A DNA stretch of 64,000 bases. Source: an uncultured Candidatus Saccharibacteria bacterium. Lineage in GTDB: Bacteria; Patescibacteriota; Minisyncoccia; Phycocordibacterales; Zambryskibacteraceae. The translations under genes and the position numbers were made by a program. Each line of letters begins with the position of its first letter. Position 1 is the stretch's first letter. The notes beneath the pieces were generated by a model that had not been told where the DNA came from, made no database searches, and worked only from the letters and a program-made list of their open reading frames with translations. Below are positions 47,101-55,310 of the stretch, one piece after another. The DNA is taken from positions 1,635 to 65,634 of the forward strand of contig CAYLHJ010000002.1 of the NCBI GenBank assembly GCA_964383705.1, in the 5' to 3' direction.

Positions 47101-48446
47101 TCATTTGCAACAACCGTTTTTGAATATTCTGTCCATTCCGTTTGAGAATCAGTGCTATTCAAAGAAAATGGTGAACCATTAACATCTGTCCCTTCCCAAG
47201 TAACTCCAAGAATATTTTGGGTATCATTTTCTCCAGGTCGAGGTGAAAAAGCGAATTTTATTTCATATTCACGACCAGGAACAGTAGGAATATCTTGATA
47301 AATTTTTGTTGAAGCCGGCTCTCCGCTTGTATCCCCATCTGGGCCTTCCCAGTCACCGTCTAATTCAGTATGTTGCAAACCGTCAAAAGAGAGCCAACCA
47401 TTAACATTCCTATGAAGTTCGAGGCTTGCTAATTCTGGCTGATTATCCCCACCAAATGGTCCTTCTGTATTCATCCATTCAACGGCCCAATCAAGATTAG
47501 AAGTCCCATTGTCAAAATTATCCCATAGTGCTCCGTGTGTAACTTCAGGGTTTTCGAAACTGCCATTCTTTATGAGTTCCTCTCCTGGAACGCATTGGGT
47601 TGGTTCCGGTTCAGGATCACGGGGAGCATTTTCTTCACACCAAGCGTCTCTAGTTTCTTTTTCTTCAGCATCTTCCCCTTCATAAGGAAAATCGCCGTGG
47701 TCCTCATGTTCATTCCAAGCACTTTCATTTATTTTAATTGCTTCCCATGGGTTTTCTTCTGAACCAGTAGCGTGACAAATATTTATTTTTTTCTCTTCAG
47801 ATTCTCTTTTTGTGCCCGTTACTTGGACATTATCAACTCTGGCGCCGCTCTTACTTGAATATGTTTTACCATCAAATTTTATAACAACAGAATCGTCAGA
47901 AAGTTCTGTCGGAAGAGCAAAAGTGACCTCAGGACTCCACACCGTTACATTCTTTATATGATATTCACCTAATTGTGTATATGAGGCATCAGTAGCTTTT
48001 TTCCAATAGACAATAAGTCGATCTGTAGATTCAACTTTATCGCCCGAATCTCCGCGCCACTTGAATGTCAACTGTATATTTTTGTATCCAGACACATTAA
48101 CAGAGTGAGAAATGGAAGCATTCTCTGTAAGACGAGCATTGGCACCAACAAGAGGAGAATTAACATCCTTGCGAGCAAAACTGGCGTTTCCTTCAATCTC
48201 CACCCAACCATTTCCAACATTGTCATTGTTTACAGCACCAAATGATTCTGAAAATAATACACTTGGAGATAAAGCTATCGCCTCCTTGACCGCAATGAGG
48301 CCTGGGCCAAATGCCTGAATGATCATCAAGAGAGACAATGCAATACTAGTAGCTGGACGAGCTTTCTTGAAAAGGAGTTTTGAGATTTTTTTTCTTTTAT
48401 AAATCATATTAGTAATTATTAATAATGTTAATAAAATAAACCACAC
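44127..48446 (-). CDS. giant cell-surface protein (1439 aa) with C-terminal sortase-type sorting signal
   Basis: Signal peptide, then long beta-rich Asn/Asp/Gly/Thr-rich repeats. A Gly/Ser linker (GGGGGSSGSSGGSGGGAGG). The C-terminus has an LPGLPNAG motif, a hydrophobic helix and a basic tail (SKKRKTN). Confidence 0.8.
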   Translation of the reverse strand: MWFILLTLLIITNMIYKRKKISKLLFKKARPATSIALSLLMIIQAFGPGLIAVKEAIALSPSVLFSESFGAVNNDNVGNGWVEIEGNASFARKDVNSPLVGANARLTENASISHSVNVSGYKNIQLTFKWRGDSGDKVESTDRLIVYWKKATDASYTQLGEYHIKNVTVWSPEVTFALPTELSDDSVVIKFDGKTYSSKSGARVDNVQVTGTKRESEEKKINICHATGSEENPWEAIKINESAWNEHEDHGDFPYEGEDAEEKETRDAWCEENAPRDPEPEPTQCVPGEELIKNGSFENPEVTHGALWDNFDNGTSNLDWAVEWMNTEGPFGGDNQPELASLELHRNVNGWLSFDGLQHTELDGDWEGPDGDTSGEPASTKIYQDIPTVPGREYEIKFAFSPRPGENDTQNILGVTWEGTDVNGSPFSLNSTDSQTEWTEYSKTVVANDSLSRIQFEDRGTGNSVGTFLDNVSVQCKEEKEECDPIDGLVVSNNDTKLDNPGDTPDTFAVVLSPTHPAWDADVDGSSDSAKWIWSENPVLPADTLVDTTKTFIKNFNIPGTPIGGTLNVAADNFYTVWVNGIQVGAELVDENNFQIGTQDSYDVSSLLVSGSNEIKIEATNKGVDGSSPESNPAGLMFALSWNGKDCGEPPPPPPEERNTVVVHIAKYLDGEHATSESANDYDFPMQSSWNWPEVKVGDVVYPGNNGSGFYGLNATGFNGDPYEANTAVMNAPADYSTNEITDDGRVIPIGGECSPGEYRLLGYRVGGSFADAKANDLLSQSPNFENLEQDRYIIVENETCPDLPSLELSKSATFATSTGKITFTIDWKVSDDDVDNLVITDNLPTGTTYVVDSATDGGVHDGLLPGTVTWNLGSKSAGANGSLSFEVTLDAALSMNEWASGTSDNNQGKRKDGTNVLPERSDPSYILGVAQTNGSASDVVVPNSFFALGFDNGNIVVTFDNPVWNGVGNDIKVYETTGGTYPTESVKVEAWDGSNWVDLGIVDRDGEVDLGSLSTSDKIRLSESSNKSLFETTADGYDVDAVRVFHKVPNICDVKNTANASASYGEDGEISASSSVTLGISSGACEPEEPNDPGDGEPDPEIAGVTVCKYDDEISEENLLSGWTIMLRGEEVQNDLSVDSSLVAGADSVALLSGTSYLANAIGTWTNQGGNNPADAEYSTVDNWVSPLEVYPGFSQSDDVLDLRIQGQFSFWGGYKGDHSYWQSFTPLSDGPVNFGIFDGENNVQNPSWFADNSGSLLVDIYEGYSGVTGDNGCVTFEDVPFGDYVLDEIMQDGWENISGLGEVSIDESIEKFDVVNSNDDDSSEEEIIVTNVDTSDDDPPSPSSRRSSGSSGNNGGGGGSSGSSGGSGGGAGGISPLGEVLGATSELPGLPNAGNGPINFADNKKSFSTFMALISLTLSIMGLNLVSASVSKKRKTN

Positions 48447-48607
48447 ACCAAAAATCTTTATTCGGCTTGAAAAATAATATGGTCAACAGAGACATTTTGC
48501 CCCTCACGCAAATAGCTCGCAATCATCAAATTTCTGGCAAAAGAATACCATATTTAGGGCAAAATATCAATTATAAAAACAAAGAAAAAGGGGATAAAAA
48601 GTGAACA

Positions 48608-48638
48608 AAAAAAGAGGGGCAGCGTTAAGCTACCCCTC
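48608..48638 (-). terminator. rho-independent terminator
   Basis: gagggg..cccctc hairpin with a T-run on the minus strand, downstream of the 48654..49511 gene. Confidence 0.55.
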
Positions 48639-48653
48639 ACCCTGACTCAAGCC

Positions 48654-49511
48654 CTAGAATGCGAACTGGAACGAAATGACGTTGGGAGGATTCACGGGCC
48701 CACCGCCATCTTTCTTACAGAGTCTGCAGGTAACACTTTCCTGCCCTCTCTTGTAGGCAATCAAACCCACAACTACGCCAGTAACAACAGCGGCCCCAAT
48801 CACAAGTGGCCAATTCGTGCCCTTTTTCGCGGCGGACCTCTGGGGAGCCTGGGGAACCGTGTCCTTGACGACAGTGAAAAGGACATCGGTCTGCCTCGGG
48901 AAAAAGAATGCTCTGTCCCTTACCACGCTTTCGGTCACGCCCGCAACAACGACTGTCGCGGAATCTGCGACCAGAATGCGAACAGTGTCAGCAGGAGGCA
49001 CAATTGCCTGAGATGCTACCTCTGGCAAAGCAACTGGCGGATTTGCCTGGCGAAAAGTGACTTCATCACCATTCGGGTTTCCACACCAGAGCGAAAACTC
49101 GATGAGACCGGTATTGTTATCGCCGAGACAGATCTCGTTTGGGCGAAACGGTCTCGACCAACCATTGGCGTCAACCCTCCGACTGCCGATACCAATGAGA
49201 AGCCTCGCCAGACGAACCTCGACTCCCTGAGGGCAAGCCACATTCACCAGATTCCTGATGAATACTTCGAGCTCGCCAACAGTTCGAATGTTGGGATGAC
49301 GAACCTGGACAGTCGAGAGAATCTCTTGAGGACTTACCCGAAGGCACTTCCTGTCATTGCGATTGACGCAATCAGCGTAGTCATCACCACTGAGAAGTGG
49401 CCGACGACTGAAAGCGTAACCGTGAACTCCGCCCGTACCCGAGTCCACCTGGGCCATTCCGGCTGTCGTAAAAAACAGCACGAGCGCGAAGATAGAGATC
49501 AAATACCTCAT
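48654..49511 (-). CDS. GC-rich hypothetical secreted/membrane-anchored protein
   Basis: Signal peptide (MRYLISIFALVLFFTTAGMA), Cys-containing ectodomain, C-terminal TM (WPLVIGAAVVTGVVVGLIAY). GC is about 50-58%. No family recognised. Confidence 0.5.
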   Translation of the reverse strand: MRYLISIFALVLFFTTAGMAQVDSGTGGVHGYAFSRRPLLSGDDYADCVNRNDRKCLRVSPQEILSTVQVRHPNIRTVGELEVFIRNLVNVACPQGVEVRLARLLIGIGSRRVDANGWSRPFRPNEICLGDNNTGLIEFSLWCGNPNGDEVTFRQANPPVALPEVASQAIVPPADTVRILVADSATVVVAGVTESVVRDRAFFFPRQTDVLFTVVKDTVPQAPQRSAAKKGTNWPLVIGAAVVTGVVVGLIAYKRGQESVTCRLCKKDGGGPVNPPNVISFQFAF

Positions 49512-49620
49512 TTATGGCTCCTTTTGTTGGTCTTTACTAAGATAGTTTCGAAGATCAATCCTCCCAGCAAACTACCACAAAACTATCTAAAAGTAAAGAG
49601 AATGTAGATTGATAAAATAG

Positions 49621-49693
49621 TGGGCGGTAGAGGACTCGAACCTCTGACCCTCTCAACGTCAATGAGATGCTCTACCAACTGAGCTAACCGCCC
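49621..49693 (-). tRNA. tRNA-Val (anticodon GAC)
   Basis: Reverse complement: gggcggt tagctcagttggtagagc atctc attGACgt tgaga ... ttcgagt ... accgccc a. Confidence 0.85.
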
Positions 49694-49721
49694 CTTAAAG
49701 AAAACTTAATCTAAAAATACC

Positions 49722-49811
49722 TGGCGGAAGAGGCGAGATTTGAACTCGCGAGAGGATTACTCCCCTGCCGGTTTTCGAAACCGGTGCCTTCAACCACTCA
49801 GCCACTCTTCC
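49722..49811 (-). tRNA. tRNA-Ser (anticodon CGA), CCA encoded
   Basis: Reverse complement: acceptor ggaagag/ctcttcc, anticodon stem ccggt/accgg with loop uuCGAaa, long variable arm, T-arm gcgagttcaaatctcgc. Confidence 0.8.
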
Positions 49812-49895
49812 ATAATAACTTATTCGTGGATCAAAATATCCTAGCATTTTTTTTGTTTTTTAAACAAAAAATGTTAGAATCTCTTTGTTTTATAT

Positions 49896-49967
49896 GGCCC
49901 TATCGTCTATCGGTTAGGACACAAGCTTTTCAAGCTTGGAAGCCGGGTTCGATTCCCGGTAGGGTCA
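49896..49967 (+). tRNA. tRNA-Glu (anticodon TTC)
   Basis: Acceptor ggcccta/tagggtc. Anticodon stem caagc/gcttg with loop uuUUCaa. T-arm ccgggttcgattcccgg. Confidence 0.8.
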
Positions 49968-50037
49968 CAAATACTTGACTAAAGCAGTGTTTTATGCTAG
50001 TATACGAGCAGACCTTGAAACCCGAAGGAGGTAACTC

Positions 50038-50226
50038 GTGCCTAGAGCTAAGAGGGGTGATAAGTTCTTCATGCAAAAGCTGGGAGCAGGCAAGGGAAGG
50101 TATTTGATCGGCATTCGAGTCGATCAGAGGCTCACCATACAAGATCTCCTCGCTTTCATCGAAGAAAAGGGTATCGAACCAGCAAAGGTCGATCTCCCGC
50201 CGTCCTTCATCACTCAAGCCGGGTGA
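50038..50226 (+). CDS. GC-rich small protein (62 aa) with GTG start and strong Shine-Dalgarno
   Basis: aaggaggt lies 7 nt upstream of the GTG. GC-rich. A long hairpin terminator follows. No family recognised. Confidence 0.4.
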   Translation: MPRAKRGDKFFMQKLGAGKGRYLIGIRVDQRLTIQDLLAFIEEKGIEPAKVDLPPSFITQAG

Positions 50227-50227
50227 G

Positions 50228-50275
50228 ACCCGCCCCGACAAGAGATTCGTCTCGCGTCGGAGGCGGGTTTCTTGT
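50228..50275 (+). terminator. rho-independent terminator
   Basis: Outer stem acccgcc...ggcgggt with inner stem ccgac...gtcgg, followed by ttcttgttt. Confidence 0.6.
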
Positions 50276-50437
50276 TTATATAAACTGAAAACTTTTTATA
50301 TTCTTAGCAATTGAGTTCCAATTCTGTATAATGTGGGTCACATTCAGAAACTCGGTCGGAAAGTGAGCGAGATGTTGAATTCTTGATAATTGCTGGATAA
50401 TTGGTTTTGAATTCTGTATCTTTAGGATCACTGGTTT

Positions 50438-51598
50438 ATGAAAATTCTCTCAATTGAAACAAGCTGTGACGAAACCGCTGTTTCTATCTTAGATATTAAT
50501 GGCAAAGCGACATCTCCAAAAATCCTATTGCTAGGAAATGCCCTTTTTTCTCAAGTTAAAATCCACGAAAAATATGGGGGAGTATTCCCAAACATAGCAA
50601 AGCGCGAACATGCAAAAAACTTACCCCCATTGCTTTTAAAAGCATTGGATCAGGCCGGCTTTGAAAAGAGAACAGGCAGGAATCAATTTACAAAAAATCA
50701 AATAAAAAAAGTTGGAAAAATTTTAGAGCGCGAGTATGGGGTCGCGCAAACACTCATAGATTTACTTTCAAATATTGAAAAACCCCCTATTGATATTATA
50801 GCCGTTACAAAGGGCCCAGGACTTGAACCCGCCCTTTGGGTTGGAATAAATGTTGCAATCGCACTTGGTGTCCTCTGGAACATTAAAGTTTTGCCAATAA
50901 ACCATATGGAAGGTCATATATTTTCAGTTTTGTATAAAAAAAATGAAGATATTAAGTTTCCAGTATTAAGTTTGCTCATATCGGGTGGCCACACTGAACT
51001 CGTATATTCGAAAAGCTTACTCTCTTATAAAATCCTTGGAGAAACAAGAGACGATGCGGTAGGAGAAGCATTTGATAAGGTTGCCCGAATGATTTCTTTA
51101 CCATACCCAGGAGGCCCACAAATAAGTCGCCTTGCGGAGAGAAAAAGGAAAAGTGGATACAAAAAATCTCTCTGGGGTTTCCCTAGACCGATGATTCACT
51201 CGAAAGATTTAGATTTCTCCTTTTCGGGATTAAAGACTGCAGTTCTCTATGCAATAAAAGGGAAAAAATTAAAAAAATCCCAAAAAGAGGAAATCGCTTT
51301 TGAATTTGAAGAAGCCGTAACAGATGTTCTTATCTCAAAAACAAGATCTGCCCTAAAAATGTTCCCCACTAGATCTCTCATTGTTGCCGGTGGAGTAATT
51401 GCCAATAAACATCTCCAAAAATCATTTAATAAACTAATAAGAGAATTTAATAATCTTAAACTTTATGTACCCGAAAAAGAATTGGCAACAGATAATAGCG
51501 TAATGATTGGAATTGCCGCTTTTTGTAAAATAAAGACATCTACCAAGAAGAATTTATGGAGCAAAAAAATAAAAGCTGAGGGAAACTTGAGACTTTAA
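50438..51598 (+). CDS. tsaD: tRNA N6-adenosine threonylcarbamoyltransferase TsaD (Kae1/YgjD family)
   Basis: MKILSIETSCDETAVSILD, the metal-binding HMEGH, GGVIANKHL, and the ASKH-fold C-terminal motifs. Confidence 0.9.
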   Translation: MKILSIETSCDETAVSILDINGKATSPKILLLGNALFSQVKIHEKYGGVFPNIAKREHAKNLPPLLLKALDQAGFEKRTGRNQFTKNQIKKVGKILEREYGVAQTLIDLLSNIEKPPIDIIAVTKGPGLEPALWVGINVAIALGVLWNIKVLPINHMEGHIFSVLYKKNEDIKFPVLSLLISGGHTELVYSKSLLSYKILGETRDDAVGEAFDKVARMISLPYPGGPQISRLAERKRKSGYKKSLWGFPRPMIHSKDLDFSFSGLKTAVLYAIKGKKLKKSQKEEIAFEFEEAVTDVLISKTRSALKMFPTRSLIVAGGVIANKHLQKSFNKLIREFNNLKLYVPEKELATDNSVMIGIAAFCKIKTSTKKNLWSKKIKAEGNLRL

Positions 51599-54500
51599 TT
51601 AGGAGAGATTGTTTTCTTCGATTTTAATAATCGTGCGAATTTCCTTTTTCCTGGATATTAGCCAAAAGAGAGAAGCTGAAACGATAATAATAAGTAAAAT
51701 AAGTGGCAAAATTATTACATAGAATTCAAGGACAAAAATTAGAACCGTAGCAATGACAAGCCCAATCGTGAATATAAATGTTTTTCTAATCTGAGCAGAC
51801 TCTTCCGTCAAAGCTCCGTTTCTATTCTGAAAATTAACAATTCCGCGAGACAGTAAATATATGGATAGCAATATGGTCAAAAATACCGCAATTGCATTCA
51901 TTGATTCATCCCAACCTTGTGGACCAGCAAAAACTGCCGCCGCTAGAGAGCGAAAGTCCCTTTCTTCTCCAATTTCATTCTCGGTACTAGAGGCGCTTAT
52001 CATTGCTACGCTATTTGGGTCCTCAGCAACAATAGCCCCAGTAGCGAATTGAATGCCCTTTTGGGAGAGAATTGGGGATTCTTTTGTCCTTGATTGAGAA
52101 GTATCTTGTCCTTGATAGTTATTTTGTCCTTGATACCCCCTATCTAGATCTGAAAAGCCTTGAGCTTTCAAGCTTGTGAGGAAGTTTCTAAAATCAACTA
52201 TCTCTTGCTCCTGCTGGGCATTCAACGGAAATGCTTGATTACATACTATTTCATTTACCTTTTTCTTCGTAAGAATATAGACAAATCCAGTACTTTGATC
52301 ATGACCCCAAGGAGTGAGGATGTCTCCAATATAGCGCTCCTGAAATACTCCTACCGCATCATAGGTTCCTTTATCAAATACGCCAGTGATTGGGAGATTC
52401 TTGAAACCCTCTAATTCTCTTAGGAAAACTTGGAGTTTAATAACTTCAAATGAATCGTTAACCCAATCTATACGCATATAATCTTCCAAGTAGTTGCACG
52501 CCAAAGTCGCACCAAGGACTTCTGGCTCTGGTCGGTTTCTGCTACTTCGTCCGCCACCACCACCCCCACCACCACCGCCATTGTCTCCCCCTCCACCACC
52601 ACCGTTATCTTCTGGATCAATAACAATTGTTAGGGTCTCCGTGTCACTACCGCATTGATTTGTAGCAGTAAGTAAGACAGTAAATGTTCCTGATTCGGTT
52701 GGAGTACCACTTAAGACATTGCTGGAAACAGAAAGGCCGGCAGGAAGAGTTGAGGTTGCTATGTTGTAAGTAATTGGTGTTGTTGTGCCGGTCGCAGTAG
52801 CAGAAAGTGTGTATGAAAAGGCATTTCCAACTTTACCGCTAGCCGTTAGTGCACTATCAATAGCTGGCAATGGGCAACTTGGTCCTTGAACACGAGTAAC
52901 AACGACGCTGTCTGTCGCATGTTGACCAGAAGCGTCTTGGCAATCAATTAAAAATGTATGACTTCCATTTGTTGGTGGATAAAAAGGACTTTGAGAATCA
53001 ATCGGGCCAGCACTTCCATTTAAAGCAACTAAACCAAGATCCTGAACACCTTGGATAGAAAGATTGCATGAAGTTGTATTCGTAGAAACCCAATTAACTG
53101 TAAATTGTTCGCCACTTGAAAGAAGAAGCGGACCTTGAGAGCCGTTAGCTGTGATGTCTGCGGTTGGAGATTGGGGTAAGCAATCAGTAGAAGATGTCGC
53201 GGTAACGGTATTTGATGGGTTGGAATCCCCTCTACTATTTGTTGCTTTAACAAAATATGAGAAAGATGTGCTTGCATTCACCAAATCCGTATAAGAAATC
53301 GCTGTTGTAGAAGCAATCTCAGATCCATTTCTAAATATTTTATAGAAAGATGCCTGTGAAACGGCGTTCCAAGATAAGTCAATTCGACCACCGCATTGAG
53401 AGCCAGTATTAGCAGAAAGGTTTGGAGATTGTGGTTTTCCCCCTCCACCACCACCGTTATCTTCTGGATCAATAACAATTGTTAGGGTCTCCGTGTCACT
53501 ACCGCATTGATTTGTAGCAGTAAGTAAGACAGTAAATGTTCCTGATTCGGTTGGAGTACCACTTAAGACATTGCTGGAAACAGAAAGGCCGGCAGGAAGA
53601 GTTGAGGTTGCTATGTTGTAAGTAATTGGTGTTGTTGTGCCGGTCGCAGTAGCAGAAAGTGTGTATGAAAAGGCATTTCCAACTTTACCGCTAGCCGTTA
53701 GTGCACTATCAATAGCTGGCAATGGGCAACTTGGTCCTTGAACACGAGTAACAACGACGCTGTCTGTCGCATGTTGACCAGAAGCGTCTTGGCAATCAAT
53801 TAAAAATGTATGACTTCCATTTGTTGGTGGATAAAAAGGACTTTGAGAATCAATCGGGCCAGCACTTCCATTTAAAGCAACTAAACCAAGATCCTGAACA
53901 CCTTGGATAGAAAGATTGCATGAAGTTGTATTCGTAGAAACCCAATTAACTGTAAATTGTTCGCCACTTGAAAGAAGAAGCGGACCTTGAGAGCCGTTAG
54001 CTGTGATGTCTGCGGTTGGAGAACCTGGCGGATTCACAATCGGTGGATTCACAACAACAGAATCCGTAGCGGTCTTTCCATTTCCATCATCACAGCTAAT
54101 ACTGTAAGTGACCGCCGTGTCTGTCGGATAAAAAGGATGTGATGGTGAAAGATCCATCTCGTCAGAAAGATTAACATTTGAATCAATCGGGGCCCCCAAT
54201 GAACAACTTTGTGTGTTAGTAGAATCCCATTCAATTAAAAGATTTTCTCCTTGCGAAAGGGTAATTGGTCCCTGAGAGCCATTTGCTTTTATATCCACAG
54301 TCGGATCATTTGAAGGAACATTGTTGCTGGAAACTTTAAAGCGGGCAACCACACTACCTTGGCTTTCCCAACCAGGAGCAATAGTTCCAAGATTTACACC
54401 CTGTGATGTTACGAACTCATCTCCAGTCTGCCCAAAAGGAAATTTTTTTGATGAAAGAGACTGGTCTGGATACCATTTTGTAGAACCCGGTATATAGGTG

Positions 54501-54982
54501 AGAGACTCGGAACTTGAAATAATAATTGATGATTGGCCATCAACCTGTGAAGCGTTATCAGCCCAAAGCGAACCATCCGCACTAATTGAAGTATCTTCAG
54601 ATTCTGGAACAGAGATTGAGGCGCGAACATTCAGGGCGTCTTCGGATGAGGTATTGTGATAATAAATTGTAAAACTGACAACATCTCCAGCCTCAGCATC
54701 TGTTGTAACCGCCCAATTGGTGGTTGAATTAGGAAATTTTGTAAAATTAGAAGATCTAAGTGTTTCAAAATCCTCTGGGTCAGTGTTAAAAGTGGCCGCC
54801 GCCCGAACAATCTTTGCAAACAAAGCATGGCTCGCATCGAAAGATATAAAAACATAGGCAAACATAACCGAAAATAGAGCAAAAAGGAGAATTGCCTTTA
54901 TTTTTTTTGATATTCTGTTTGTGTATCCAGTATTCATAGGCAGAATGTTTTGTCGTAACCAACATACTCCATTTTTTTTCAT
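51599..54982 (-). CDS. large surface/membrane protein (1127 aa) with FN3-like and putative Ig-like (He_PIG-like) modules, poly-Gly linkers and C-terminal TM helices; contains an exact internal duplication
   Basis: N-terminal TM/signal. The PTADITANGSQGP...IVIDPEDNGGGGGG block (about 194 aa) occurs twice. An FN3-like segment (YKIFRNGSEIASTTAISYTDL). C-terminal hydrophobic helices. The stop abuts the tsaD stop. Confidence 0.8.
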   Translation of the reverse strand: MKKNGVCWLRQNILPMNTGYTNRISKKIKAILLFALFSVMFAYVFISFDASHALFAKIVRAAATFNTDPEDFETLRSSNFTKFPNSTTNWAVTTDAEAGDVVSFTIYYHNTSSEDALNVRASISVPESEDTSISADGSLWADNASQVDGQSSIIISSSESLTYIPGSTKWYPDQSLSSKKFPFGQTGDEFVTSQGVNLGTIAPGWESQGSVVARFKVSSNNVPSNDPTVDIKANGSQGPITLSQGENLLIEWDSTNTQSCSLGAPIDSNVNLSDEMDLSPSHPFYPTDTAVTYSISCDDGNGKTATDSVVVNPPIVNPPGSPTADITANGSQGPLLLSSGEQFTVNWVSTNTTSCNLSIQGVQDLGLVALNGSAGPIDSQSPFYPPTNGSHTFLIDCQDASGQHATDSVVVTRVQGPSCPLPAIDSALTASGKVGNAFSYTLSATATGTTTPITYNIATSTLPAGLSVSSNVLSGTPTESGTFTVLLTATNQCGSDTETLTIVIDPEDNGGGGGGKPQSPNLSANTGSQCGGRIDLSWNAVSQASFYKIFRNGSEIASTTAISYTDLVNASTSFSYFVKATNSRGDSNPSNTVTATSSTDCLPQSPTADITANGSQGPLLLSSGEQFTVNWVSTNTTSCNLSIQGVQDLGLVALNGSAGPIDSQSPFYPPTNGSHTFLIDCQDASGQHATDSVVVTRVQGPSCPLPAIDSALTASGKVGNAFSYTLSATATGTTTPITYNIATSTLPAGLSVSSNVLSGTPTESGTFTVLLTATNQCGSDTETLTIVIDPEDNGGGGGGDNGGGGGGGGGGRSSRNRPEPEVLGATLACNYLEDYMRIDWVNDSFEVIKLQVFLRELEGFKNLPITGVFDKGTYDAVGVFQERYIGDILTPWGHDQSTGFVYILTKKKVNEIVCNQAFPLNAQQEQEIVDFRNFLTSLKAQGFSDLDRGYQGQNNYQGQDTSQSRTKESPILSQKGIQFATGAIVAEDPNSVAMISASSTENEIGEERDFRSLAAAVFAGPQGWDESMNAIAVFLTILLSIYLLSRGIVNFQNRNGALTEESAQIRKTFIFTIGLVIATVLIFVLEFYVIILPLILLIIIVSASLFWLISRKKEIRTIIKIEENNLS
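52586..53170. repeat. direct repeat copy 1 (585 bp, 100% identical to copy 2)
   Basis: Identity with 53438..54022 checked line by line. The period of 852 bp equals 284 codons, so the frame is preserved. Confidence 0.9.
53438..54022. repeat. direct repeat copy 2 (585 bp)
   Basis: See copy 1. Confidence 0.9.
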
Positions 54983-55310
54983 TTATGTCAAATAAAGACG
55001 TGAGTCACTAGATTACATTACAGCCTTATTTATAGCCATATTATTAATATTTGTCCTTTAACAAGTTATGACCTTTATTAAAACATCACGGTAGTCAATA
55101 TATATTCATAAACATAACTACATTTAAATACCCAATGAATAGGCCAATTTTTCTTAAAAGAACGTAAATTTTTGTCCTTTATGCTTAATATTTTCTTAGC
55201 TTTATCCCCTATTTTTTGACATATTTTAAGAACTGAATCATTAATATGGATTACGAATAATTGAATGGTCTAATATAAACAGTTTTCTCATGCTACGATA
55301 GACAATATTC

